Assembly (NCBI GenBank): GCA_965204725.1
Contig: OZ242005.1
Span: forward strand, 2,528,001-2,592,000
Reading direction: 5' to 3'
DNA length: 64,000 nt
Origin: Candidatus Latescibacterota bacterium
Lineage (GTDB): Bacteria; Latescibacterota; UBA2968; UBA8231
Shown here: positions 1 through 9,383 of the stretch, in pieces
Layout: the number at the start of each line of letters is the position of its first letter
Numbering within the stretch: position 1 is the first letter of the stretch
Position numbers and translations under genes: made by a program
The notes under the pieces: model-generated
What the model saw: only the letters and a program-made list of their open reading frames with translations
What the model was told of the DNA's origin: nothing
The model's database searches: none

Positions 1-471
1 GAGCGCGATTACCACAGCCAGCTGATGGCCGACTCCATGGTCGTCGCACTGGCCGACAGCCAAGTCGCGTCAATCGCCATCCCCGGCTCCGTCAGCGGCA
101 AAATTGCGGTAGGTGACCGCCACAGTTGGATTGAGGGGCGAGGCGGGCAAGTCTTTATGGCCGACGGGCGCTTGGAGCGGGTCGAAGTTCGTGCCGAGGC
201 TGACGTGACGCACCGCCGAGCCGCAAACGAAGCGATCAATCGCTTTCGCGGGCGGCAGATGACCCTGCACTTTGACGCGACCGGCTTGCGCCGGGCCTTG
301 GTCAAGGGCGAGGCCGAGTTGGTCTCGCGGATCCAAGACGACGACGCGATTGCCGTCAACGAGGTCGGCGGCGAAGAATTGGATATCCGCTTTGCCGATG
401 GGGTGCTGGCCGAGGTGGGCGTCGGGCCGGAGATTGAAGGCCGGTACTATCCGCCGGCCGAGGAGCCGTAA
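1..471 (+). CDS. LptA/OstA-like LPS transport periplasmic protein, 5'-partial
   Basis: Open frame from the window edge. Beta-jellyroll-like sequence ending 'GPEIEGRYYP', directly upstream of lptB-rpoN (conserved synteny). Confidence 0.6.
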   Translation, partial: ERDYHSQLMADSMVVALADSQVASIAIPGSVSGKIAVGDRHSWIEGRGGQVFMADGRLERVEVRAEADVTHRRAANEAINRFRGRQMTLHFDATGLRRALVKGEAELVSRIQDDDAIAVNEVGGEELDIRFADGVLAEVGVGPEIEGRYYPPAEEP

Positions 472-472
472 G

Positions 473-1204
473 GTGGCACTCGAAACGCACGCCTTGAGCA
501 AGCACTACGGGGGGCGGGCCGTCGTCGACGCGGTCAGCATCCGCGTTGAGCCGGGGGAGGTCGTCGGCTTGTTGGGGCCTAATGGCGCGGGCAAGACCAC
601 GACCTTTCACAGCATCGTCGGCTTTGCCACCCCGGACGAGGGCCACATCTTGCTCAACGGTGCGGACATTACCGAGCTGCCGATGTATCGCCGAGCGCAG
701 ATGGGCATTGGCTACCTGCCGCAGGAGACCTCCATTTTTCGCAAGCTGAGCGTGGCCGACAACATCCGCGCCGTATTGGAGGCGCGCGGGGTCGCCAAAG
801 CGCGCATCGCCGCTCGCCAACAGCAGCTACTGACCGAGCTGGACTTGCTCGCGCGCGCCGACCAACGCGCCGATACGCTTTCGGGCGGCGAGACGCGCCG
901 AGTTGAAATCGCCCGGGCCTTAGCCGGCGATCCGCACTACATGCTCCTCGACGAGCCTTTTGCCGGCATTGATCCGCGCACGGTCGAAGACATCCAAAAC
1001 ATCATCGCCGAACTAAGAAGCCGGGGCCTCGGCGTGTTGATTACCGATCACAACGTCCGCGAGACCTTGGAGATCGCCGAGCGGGCCTATATTCTAGTGG
1101 ACGGTAAAATTTTAACGGCGGGCACGGCCGAAGATCTCATTGCCAACGAACAGGTGCGGCGAATCTACCTCGGCGAGCGCTTTAGTTGGCGGGTCCATCG
1201 CTAG
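473..1204 (+). CDS. lptB: LPS export ABC transporter ATPase
   Basis: GTG at 473. Walker A GPNGAGKTT, GYLPQETSIFRKLSV, LSGGE, LLDEPFAGIDP, LITDHNVRETL. Confidence 0.95.
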   Translation: MALETHALSKHYGGRAVVDAVSIRVEPGEVVGLLGPNGAGKTTTFHSIVGFATPDEGHILLNGADITELPMYRRAQMGIGYLPQETSIFRKLSVADNIRAVLEARGVAKARIAARQQQLLTELDLLARADQRADTLSGGETRRVEIARALAGDPHYMLLDEPFAGIDPRTVEDIQNIIAELRSRGLGVLITDHNVRETLEIAERAYILVDGKILTAGTAEDLIANEQVRRIYLGERFSWRVHR

Positions 1205-1260
1205 GCCCGCGCCGCGCTTGCATCTTGACTTTTCTCTCTGCACGGGCTTGAATTTATCCA

Positions 1261-2730
1261 ATGCTTCGCCCCGAGCAAAATAACAGCTTGCGCCTCAATC
1301 AAAAGCTGGCACCGCAGCTCATCCAATCGCTGCGGGTGTTGCAGATGTCCGCCTTTGATTTGGCGCAGGAGGTCAAGAATCAGGTCAACTTCAATCCCTT
1401 GCTTGAAGAGGACATCGATCTGCGCGAAGAATGGGATGAGGACCTGCGCGAGCGAGAGGAGGGGCTCAAGGAAGAGGAGGAACTGCCCGAGGGCCTAGAG
1501 GATGTCAACTGGGACGCGCTGCTCAGCGACCAGTTCGACGCGGGCGCGTACAACAGCGAGCGCACGGAATACGATCCCCACTGGGAGAGCAATCGCGAGC
1601 CACAGGCAAACCGCATCACCGCTATGCCGCCCTTCTTAGAGCCGCTTTACGAGCAGTTGTTGTTCAGCGACCTAGGACCGGAAGAGCGCATCATTGCCGA
1701 GTACATCCTCGGCAACATGGATGAGCGCGGGTACATTGGCTGTTCGCCCGCCGCGATCGCCGCCGATCTAGAGATTGAGGTCGCGACCGTAAAAAAGGTG
1801 CTGCGCGTCATTCAGACGTTTGAGCCGCCTGGGGTCGGCGCCCGCGATTTGCGCGAGTGCCTGATAATTCAGTTGGGCCGGCGCGACGACCCGCTCAGCA
1901 AGCTGGCCATCCGGGTGGTGCGCGACCACTTAGATGACTTGGCCCGGCGGCGTTTGCGGCGCATCACCCGCGCCTTGAACATCTCCGACGAGAAGCTCAA
2001 AGAGGTGGTGCAGGTGATTGAGGACTTACAGCCGCAGCCGGTCCTGTCGGCGAGCAGCGACTACGACAAGCTCCTGACGCTCAATACCGAGGTCTCGTAC
2101 ATCACGCCGGACTTGATCGTCAGAAAAATTGGCGCGGAGTGGGTTGTCTCGCTGGCCGATGGGTCCACGCCGTCCTTAAAGATCAATTCTGCGTACCAGC
2201 ATCTGGTCAGCAACTCCCGTGGCGTCAGCAAGGACGCGGACTTGGACGCCTACGTGGCCAAAAATCTCGACGACGCCCGCTGGTTCATCACCGCCATTGA
2301 CCAGCGCCGCACGACCATGCTCAAGGTCGCCAATTACCTCTTGCAGGCGCAGTCGCCCTTTTTCGAGGAGGGGCCGACGCGGCTGCGGCCCATGGTCTTG
2401 CAGGACTTGGCCGACGCCGTGGGAATGCACGTATCGACGATTAGCCGCGTCAGCAACGGCAAGTACATCGAGACGCCGCACGGGGTTTTTGAACTGAAGT
2501 ACTTCTTCGACAACAAGCTCAACACAGACGCTGGCGAAGCGGTGTCGGTGCGCTCGGTGAAGGAGAAAATTTCCCAGCTCGTCGCGGCCGAGGACAAGGG
2601 CCAGCCGCTTTCGGACCAACAGCTCGTCGAGGAATTGAGCAAAGGCGGGTTAAAAATTGCGCGGCGGACGGTCGCCAAATACCGCGATCAGCTAAAAATC
2701 CCTGCCCAGCGATACCGCAGAGCACTGTAG
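1261..2730 (+). CDS. rpoN: RNA polymerase sigma-54 factor
   Basis: Q/L-rich region I, PPGVGARDLRECL, HVSTISRVSNGKY, RpoN box ARRTVAKYR. Confidence 0.97.
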   Translation: MLRPEQNNSLRLNQKLAPQLIQSLRVLQMSAFDLAQEVKNQVNFNPLLEEDIDLREEWDEDLREREEGLKEEEELPEGLEDVNWDALLSDQFDAGAYNSERTEYDPHWESNREPQANRITAMPPFLEPLYEQLLFSDLGPEERIIAEYILGNMDERGYIGCSPAAIAADLEIEVATVKKVLRVIQTFEPPGVGARDLRECLIIQLGRRDDPLSKLAIRVVRDHLDDLARRRLRRITRALNISDEKLKEVVQVIEDLQPQPVLSASSDYDKLLTLNTEVSYITPDLIVRKIGAEWVVSLADGSTPSLKINSAYQHLVSNSRGVSKDADLDAYVAKNLDDARWFITAIDQRRTTMLKVANYLLQAQSPFFEEGPTRLRPMVLQDLADAVGMHVSTISRVSNGKYIETPHGVFELKYFFDNKLNTDAGEAVSVRSVKEKISQLVAAEDKGQPLSDQQLVEELSKGGLKIARRTVAKYRDQLKIPAQRYRRAL

Positions 2731-2826
2731 AGAGCCGAGCCAGAAATTCGCGTCACCCGCCGTATCGATCTCCTCCTTTATTCTTCATTATAGCACCATG
2801 GACACATCGTACTTGAATAAGGACGC

Positions 2827-5709
2827 ATGACGATGACAAACACACGGCAAAATTGGCCTTACCCCGGGTCGCGCTGGTGGAAGTTCGACTTCCACACGCA
2901 TACGCCGGCGTCCGCCGATACCTACTGGACTCAACAGGGTATCGACCTATCGCCGCAAGAATGGCTGCTCCGATACATGGCCGCCGAAATCGATTGTGTG
3001 GCGATCACGGACCACAATAGTGGTGGTTGGGTTGATCGCCTTAAAGCCGCTTACGAGGAGATGAAGGGGCAAGCCGATGCGGGATCGCCACCGGAAGGGT
3101 TTCGAGAACTGACGCTGTTCCCGGGAGCCGAGATTTCGGTGCAGGGAGGATTCCACCTGCTCGCCATCCTAGATCCCGATACCACTACAAGCGACATCGA
3201 TACGTTGCTGGGGCAGGTGGATTACCACGGAACCAAGGGGCGCAGCGACGGAGTGACCCGCAAGGGCGCAGCCGATGTGGTTTGTGAAATTAGGGACGCC
3301 GGAGGCATTCCGATTCCAGCCCATGCCGACCGACAAGGTGAAAATGGCAACGGCAAGGGCCTGCTCGCTGTACGTGCAGATACTCGTGAGTGCCAACTCG
3401 ACGCCAATACGGTTCGCCAAGTGCTTGACACCGAATGTTTGCTGGCGATGGAGTGGGAAGACATGGGGCATCTACTTCCTAAGTCCGTTGAGAAGCAGGT
3501 CAAAAAGTTAGCGCGGGTGCTCGGCAGTGACTGCCACAGCTTCCGAGGAACGGGTATTCCCGGATCCCGTTTCACTTGGGTCAAAATGGCAAAACCTACA
3601 TTGGAAGGGCTGCGTCTCGCGTTGCTGGATGGCGGAGGCTTCTCCATCCGCCGCAGCGACAATCCCGAACCTTTTGCACCGTTCTCCCAGCCGAAACATT
3701 GTATCGAAGCCATCGAGATCGCCGATGCACGCTACATGGGAAACGGAACGCCGGTCCGCCTCGAATTCAATCCTTGGCTCAACGCCCTAATCGGCGGGCG
3801 CGGCACCGGGAAATCCACGATCATCCACGCCTTGAGGCTTGCGGCCAGACGCGCAAAAGAGATAGATCACTTGGAAGAGCGCAGCATACCTCGCTTGACC
3901 TTTGAAAGTTTCAACCAAGTGCCATCGGGACGCTCATACGCGAATGAAGGAGGTTTGACCCCCTCGACCGAGATATTATGGACCCTGAAACGCGACGAGG
4001 TCCGCCACCGCGTACGCTGGCGAGAAGACGGAAAAGGGACAGTGGTGGAAGACGAAGTGAACGGAAGTTCTTGGAAACCATCTTCTACTGAGATCGTTAC
4101 GCCGGAGCGTTTCCCTGTTCGGATCTTCAGTCAAGGACAGATCGCCGCGTTGGCCGGCGAAAATCAGCAAGCACTATTGCAGGTGATCGATGAGGCGGCA
4201 GGAGTGGCCGCAAACCAAAGAGCGCTGATCGAAGCTCGCGATGTATTCTATGCATCGAAAGCGAAAATTCGAGCACTAGATGGCAAGCTGGCACGTCAAA
4301 CGGATCTCGAAGTCGAGTTGGAAGACGTACGTCGCAAATTAAAAAAATTCGAGGATGCGGGGCATTCATCGGCCCTCACCATTTACCGCCGGCGCGGTCG
4401 CCAACGCGAAGAAGCGAACCGGCAATTCGACTCGACAGAAGCCATGGCCAAGAGAATCGAAACGACCGCGGACGATTTGCAAATTGAAAACCCGCTCGAA
4501 AAATTGTTCGACGAAGCCTCCGTGGATGAACGCCCTATCGCAGAAAGCCTGAAGGCACTGGCCGAGGCTGTGGGTGTTGCAACCCGAGACCTGAAAAGCG
4601 TCGCCCAGCGTCTGCGAGAAAGTGTCGCGACACAGCGCCAAACATTGGGAGAGAGCGTTTGGAGCACGGCCGTCAAGCAAGCGGAGGACGACTACGCGGC
4701 CTTCGTTGAAAGGTTGAAATCGGAAGGGGTCGCTGATCCGAACGAGTACAGCCACTTGGCGCAGGACCGGCAGCGGCTCCAAAGTGAACTCGCGAACTTA
4801 AACTCCATCCGGGAAGAGCAGAGCAAACTGATAGAAGAATCGCAGCAGTATCTCCAAAAAGTTCTCGAATGTCGGCGAGCCGTAAGCGAAAGGCGAGAGG
4901 CCTTCTTGTCGCAGGCGTTGTCTGAGAACCGCTTCGTGCGCATCCGCAATCGCAGGTATGGCGACAACCCACGAGTCATTGAGCTTTCCTTTCGCGAAGC
5001 ACTAGGCGATTTCGACCACTTTGAGAGATATATCCTCAGTATGGAGAGCGGTAGTCCTAAGGGTATCGTCGCTCAACTGATCGAAAACTTGCCGGAGAAT
5101 CCAACCGAGCGGTATCGGGAAATCGAAAACCGCATTGATCATCTGAAACAACGCATCGCTGCCGCATGCGGGGGAAAAGGAGATTTCGGTGGACCATTGA
5201 ATAACTATCTCCAGCGAAATTTCGAGCGAGTGCCGGAATTTCTCGACAAGTTGCTGGCTTGGTTTCCCGACGACAGCTTGATCGTGGAGTACAGCCGTCG
5301 GGGCGACGGAGCTGACTTCCAGCCCATTGCTCAAGCCTCGGCCGGGCAACGGTCAGCGGCGATGCTGGCTTTCCTGCTGGCCCACGGCGAGGAGCCCCTA
5401 GTACTCGATCAACCTGAAGACGATCTGGACAACCACCTAATCTACGACTTGGTTGTGCGCCAAATACGGGCGAACAAGCTCAGACGGCAGATCATCGTGG
5501 TAACGCACAACCCCAATATCGTCGTGAACGGAGATGCCGACATGCTCCACGCCTTGGATTTCAAAGTCGGACAATGCAGGGTTATCCAGTCGGGATCGCT
5601 GCAAGAAGAATCCATCCGCGAAGAAGTCTGCCGGATCATGGAAGGCGGCCGAGAGGCGTTCGAGCGTCGTTACCGCAGGCTGCGATCGGAGTCGAGGCAT
5701 GTTCGATAG
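2827..5709 (+). CDS. PHP phosphoesterase fused to SMC/AAA-like ATPase (TrlF/Ppl-like defence protein)
   Basis: N-terminal KFDFHTHTPAS, AITDHN, AHAD, GSDCH. Walker A GGRGTGKST, long coiled coil, SAGQRSAA signature, LDQPEDDLDN, IVVTHNPN. Confidence 0.85.
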   Translation: MTMTNTRQNWPYPGSRWWKFDFHTHTPASADTYWTQQGIDLSPQEWLLRYMAAEIDCVAITDHNSGGWVDRLKAAYEEMKGQADAGSPPEGFRELTLFPGAEISVQGGFHLLAILDPDTTTSDIDTLLGQVDYHGTKGRSDGVTRKGAADVVCEIRDAGGIPIPAHADRQGENGNGKGLLAVRADTRECQLDANTVRQVLDTECLLAMEWEDMGHLLPKSVEKQVKKLARVLGSDCHSFRGTGIPGSRFTWVKMAKPTLEGLRLALLDGGGFSIRRSDNPEPFAPFSQPKHCIEAIEIADARYMGNGTPVRLEFNPWLNALIGGRGTGKSTIIHALRLAARRAKEIDHLEERSIPRLTFESFNQVPSGRSYANEGGLTPSTEILWTLKRDEVRHRVRWREDGKGTVVEDEVNGSSWKPSSTEIVTPERFPVRIFSQGQIAALAGENQQALLQVIDEAAGVAANQRALIEARDVFYASKAKIRALDGKLARQTDLEVELEDVRRKLKKFEDAGHSSALTIYRRRGRQREEANRQFDSTEAMAKRIETTADDLQIENPLEKLFDEASVDERPIAESLKALAEAVGVATRDLKSVAQRLRESVATQRQTLGESVWSTAVKQAEDDYAAFVERLKSEGVADPNEYSHLAQDRQRLQSELANLNSIREEQSKLIEESQQYLQKVLECRRAVSERREAFLSQALSENRFVRIRNRRYGDNPRVIELSFREALGDFDHFERYILSMESGSPKGIVAQLIENLPENPTERYREIENRIDHLKQRIAAACGGKGDFGGPLNNYLQRNFERVPEFLDKLLAWFPDDSLIVEYSRRGDGADFQPIAQASAGQRSAAMLAFLLAHGEEPLVLDQPEDDLDNHLIYDLVVRQIRANKLRRQIIVVTHNPNIVVNGDADMLHALDFKVGQCRVIQSGSLQEESIREEVCRIMEGGREAFERRYRRLRSESRHVR

Positions 5710-6955
5710 CAAGAAGGAATTACTCGACAAAATTCGCCTTGGCGAAGACTCGTTCATTGAGTTCAAGGAGGTGCGCTTCGCCGGGCAAAGGCTTACCGCA
5801 CCGCACCGGAATTCGCTTGCGGACGAACTCGCCTCCTTCGCCAACAGTCGCGGCGGCGTCCTCGTCCTAGGCGTCCAAGATAAATCGCACGAGATTCTGG
5901 GTATCGCTCTCAGCGATCTCAGTAGCGCCGAGCTTGCCGTCCGAGAGATTTGCCGCGATGCGATCGAGCCACCGCTGGCTCCCGTAATAGAGCGACTCTG
6001 GCTGCCAACAACCAGCGAGGATGTAGCCGTCATCAAGATTGATGTGGCCCAAAGTTTGTTCGTCCATCAAAGCCCCGGAGGGTTTATCCACCGAATCGGC
6101 AGCGAGAAACGTCGCATGTCGATCGAATATATCACCCGATTAATATCGCAGCGTTCGCAGACGCGAATGATTCGCTTCGACGAAGATGTCGTTGCCAGAA
6201 GTACGCTGAACGATTTGCAGCCCGATCTATTTGAACGATTTCGCACCGACCGATCGGCCAGCGACCTTCGGCGCTTCTTGTCCAATTTGCATCTGGTGCG
6301 CTCGGACGAAAAAGGTGAACTCAGACCAACCGTAGCCGGCGTACTGATCGGCGCGTCCGATGCGCGACCTTGGTTCCCTAATGCATACATCCAAGCGGTT
6401 GCCTATCGAGGAACAAAAATCAGGGCGGGATCGGACGATCCGTACCAAATCGATGCGGAAGATATGGTCGGCCCCTTAGATCGGCAAATTGAGGACGCTT
6501 GCCGGTTCGTCGCAAAGAACATGAAGACGGCCGCTTTCAAAAACATGGGGAGATCGGACAGACCGCAGTTCGATATGTCGGCGGTCTTTGAAGCAGTCGT
6601 CAACGCAGTAGCGCACCGTGATTACTCAATCTACGGCTCAAAAATCCGAATGCGACTTTTCGAGAATCGCCTAGAACTTTATTCTCCCGGTTCGATCCCA
6701 AATTCCATGTCCGTAGAAGCTCTAAGCGATATCCAAGCGACGAGAAACGAAGTGGTCGCGAGCTTACTGGCCAAAATTCCAGTCCCGGATCGACCTTGGC
6801 TGACCACGGACCGCTCAACACTGATGGACCGGCGGGGCGAAGGTGTAAGCGTCATCTTGGACAACAGCGAGCGACTCTCTGGGAAGACGCCGGAGTATCG
6901 AATGATCGGCGGCGAAGAACTCCTTCTGACAATCTGGGCCGCAGATATATCGTAA
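5699..6955 (+). CDS. Schlafen/AlbA_2 domain plus ATP-binding (HATPase_c_4 / RecG C-term-like) protein
   Basis: ATG at 5699 overlaps the upstream gene by 11 nt. GEDSFIEFKE, ASFANSRGGVLVLGV, EAVVNAVAHRDY, SPGSIP, RNEVVA, MDRRGEG. Confidence 0.85.
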   Translation: MFDSKKELLDKIRLGEDSFIEFKEVRFAGQRLTAPHRNSLADELASFANSRGGVLVLGVQDKSHEILGIALSDLSSAELAVREICRDAIEPPLAPVIERLWLPTTSEDVAVIKIDVAQSLFVHQSPGGFIHRIGSEKRRMSIEYITRLISQRSQTRMIRFDEDVVARSTLNDLQPDLFERFRTDRSASDLRRFLSNLHLVRSDEKGELRPTVAGVLIGASDARPWFPNAYIQAVAYRGTKIRAGSDDPYQIDAEDMVGPLDRQIEDACRFVAKNMKTAAFKNMGRSDRPQFDMSAVFEAVVNAVAHRDYSIYGSKIRMRLFENRLELYSPGSIPNSMSVEALSDIQATRNEVVASLLAKIPVPDRPWLTTDRSTLMDRRGEGVSVILDNSERLSGKTPEYRMIGGEELLLTIWAADIS

Positions 6956-7058
6956 TTCAATTATCGAAAGCCGATGTGCCAGATGCGTTGCTCAAGGCGT
7001 TATTGGAGTAATCCGGCTGTCACGGCTTAGGGGTGATGTGATGTAGGCTAGCCGCGCC

Positions 7059-8303
7059 CTAGCGCAATCGCCCGGCGTCGTCAAAAGCCATCTCGGTTAG
7101 GGCGCCGGTTTGCGCTAGGTCGGGATGGTCGCCGAATTCTCGCAGCAGGCTGGCGGACAGTTGGATGTGACCGAGGTCGAGGGTGTTTTTGATGCGGACG
7201 ACGTGCGCCTGTTCGGGGTGGGCGAGGTTTTGCACCGCCAGCGCGGCCTCAATGGCGGCGCGGTCGGTTTCCATGACGACCGGGACGTACGCGCGGTTGA
7301 GGAAGGTGGTGGTGAATGCGTTGGCGTACGTGGCCTCGAAGTCAATGCGCTCGTACAGGCGGCGGGTGATGATGTCGGCGAGGCCGACGCCGTTGGCGTT
7401 GCCGTGCGTCTCGTCGGTCAGGTCGAGCACCACGATGCGGGCCGTGCCCGGCACCTCTGGCTCTTTGACGCCGGGCAGGAGCATGCGGCCGACGACGTTG
7501 GTGTCCATGCCCGTGCCCGAGATATTCTTGCCGATTTGCTCAATGATTAGCAGGTCAATGCCTTGGACCAAGAGGCGGGGCATGGCCTGCCGCGCTGCTG
7601 CCAAAAGCTGGGGCTCGCGGCTTTGGAACTGCTCGGGGCGCAGGGCCTCAACGCAGAGGGTCTCTTCATAAGCGTTTTCGACGAGGGCCACCCCGAGGAG
7701 GATCGGCACTTGGTCGAGGATGCAGCGGCCCCAAGCTGGAATCAGGCGGGCGAGGCGGTCGGCACCCCCGGCGTGGGCGATGGTCGCGCCGCGATGGCTG
7801 CCCAAGCCAATGGTCATCATCTTCATCAGGCCGCTTTCAAACGAGCCACGGAAGGAGGTGTGCGGCTTGACGCGATTGATGAGCACCACGCCATCGGCTT
7901 CGGTGGCGAGGCGGTTGAGCAGCACCGGGGTGCCGTCGCTGAGTTGACCTACTTCGACGACGTCCATGGTCGCCTCGACCGGGCAGCCCATGCTCGCGGC
8001 GTCGAGACCGTAGCTAGCTAGCACCTGCTTTTGGCCTGCGGCCGTGGCGCCGCCGTGGCTGCCCATGGCCGGCAGCAGGAAGGGCCGCCCGCCCGCCTCC
8101 TTGACCCAGTCGACGACGGTGCGGGTGATGAGCTGGATATGGGCGATGCCGCGGCTGCCGCCGGTAACGGCAATCCGGGCGTTAGGGGCGATGGCGTCGG
8201 CTAGGCCGGTGCGCGCTAGCTGGCGACGGACCTCGCCAGCCACGTCGGCGAGCGAGTCGCTGGCAAAGCGTTGCTCGACCGGGGCCATTTGCGGTAGTTG
8301 CAC
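7059..8303 (-). CDS. Lactate racemase-domain (LarA-like / DUF362-DUF2088) protein
   Basis: GTG at 8303. GSRGIA, PAMGSHGGATAAGQ, NRVKPHTSF, GKNISGTGMDTNVVGR, GNANGVGLAD. Confidence 0.8.
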   Translation of the reverse strand: MQLPQMAPVEQRFASDSLADVAGEVRRQLARTGLADAIAPNARIAVTGGSRGIAHIQLITRTVVDWVKEAGGRPFLLPAMGSHGGATAAGQKQVLASYGLDAASMGCPVEATMDVVEVGQLSDGTPVLLNRLATEADGVVLINRVKPHTSFRGSFESGLMKMMTIGLGSHRGATIAHAGGADRLARLIPAWGRCILDQVPILLGVALVENAYEETLCVEALRPEQFQSREPQLLAAARQAMPRLLVQGIDLLIIEQIGKNISGTGMDTNVVGRMLLPGVKEPEVPGTARIVVLDLTDETHGNANGVGLADIITRRLYERIDFEATYANAFTTTFLNRAYVPVVMETDRAAIEAALAVQNLAHPEQAHVVRIKNTLDLGHIQLSASLLREFGDHPDLAQTGALTEMAFDDAGRLR

Positions 8304-8313
8304 GGTGAGACCT

Positions 8314-8883
8314 CTATTCCTCGCCGACCAAGGCCGTGCGCAAACGCTGGGCGCGCTCGAGAATTGGCCGGGCCGGTTTGGGCACCGGCTCGGTCGCTGG
8401 GGCGATTTTCCAGATAAAGACGACCGGGCCTTCTTCCACAAAGTGCTGGTCGAGCTGGGCGTCGAAGTCGTCGCTGGTGTGGATGGTATAGACGCGCTGG
8501 AGGCCGGCCCCGCGGCAGATTTGCTCGTAGTCGATAAAGGCCGCGCCGGGCACGGGCTGGCTGCCGGTTACTTCGTACGTGCCGTTTTCAGTGATGACGA
8601 GGGTTAGGTTCGGGGCCGGGCGCTGGGCCAAGGTGACGAGGACGCCCAGCGACATGAGGGTGCTGCCGTCGCCGTTGAGGCACAAGACCCGGCGCTCGGG
8701 TTGGGCGATGGCCAAGCCCAGCGCAAAGTCGGCCGCGTGGCCCATGGCGCTTTCGACGTGGGCAAAGTCTAGCGGGCCGTCGGAGTGCTCGGCCCAAGGC
8801 ATGGCCACGCTCATGGTGGTGACCACGACTTCGTCCGTGCGCTGGGCGGCCAGTTTTTTGAGGCAGGTGTATTTGTCGAGCAT
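8314..8883 (-). CDS. TPP-dependent enzyme C-terminal subunit (ComE/phosphonopyruvate decarboxylase beta-like)
   Basis: AMGHA, TPP motif GDGSTLMSLG...ENGTYEVTGSQP. Confidence 0.85.
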   Translation of the reverse strand: MLDKYTCLKKLAAQRTDEVVVTTMSVAMPWAEHSDGPLDFAHVESAMGHAADFALGLAIAQPERRVLCLNGDGSTLMSLGVLVTLAQRPAPNLTLVITENGTYEVTGSQPVPGAAFIDYEQICRGAGLQRVYTIHTSDDFDAQLDQHFVEEGPVVFIWKIAPATEPVPKPARPILERAQRLRTALVGEE

Positions 8884-8884
8884 C

Positions 8885-9379
8885 TCACGCAGTCTCCGCG
8901 ACTAGCAACACAGCGGTTGGCAACGAGGTCGCTTGGGCCTTGGCAAAAGCGGCGTCGATCTGGCCGCAATCGTCGTCAGTGTGCATGGCGGTGTAGGGGA
9001 TGTTCCAAGCCTTGAGGGTCGGCTCGAAGAAGGTGGCGGCCGTATCGACCCGGGGGCTTGCTGGGGCCATGGTCGCATAGCCGCGGTAGCCGACGAGCAT
9101 GACTAGGGGAATGCCCATGTTGTAGGCCGTGCCGCGGAAGGCGTCGCCGGCCTCCAAAAAGCCCGTGTTCTGGATCAGCACCAGCGGCTGGGCCCCGCCC
9201 AAATACAGGCCGGAGGCCAAGCCGTAGGCCTCGCCCTCGCGGCTGGTCAGGATCACTTCGATTGTGTCGTGGCGCCACAGGCGCTCGTACAGGACGCACG
9301 AGCCGTTGTCTGGGACGCCTAGCACGTGCGTGACGCCGTGCCGTTCGAGGGCGGCGATGATTTTGGCGGCGCGAATCAC
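8885..9379 (-). CDS. TPP-dependent enzyme N-terminal subunit (ComD-like)
   Basis: GVPD, REGEAYGLASGLYLGG, LIQNTG, IPLVMLVGYRG. Start GTG at 9379 is inferred. Confidence 0.85.
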   Translation of the reverse strand: MIRAAKIIAALERHGVTHVLGVPDNGSCVLYERLWRHDTIEVILTSREGEAYGLASGLYLGGAQPLVLIQNTGFLEAGDAFRGTAYNMGIPLVMLVGYRGYATMAPASPRVDTAATFFEPTLKAWNIPYTAMHTDDDCGQIDAAFAKAQATSLPTAVLLVAETA

Positions 9380-9383
9380 GGGC

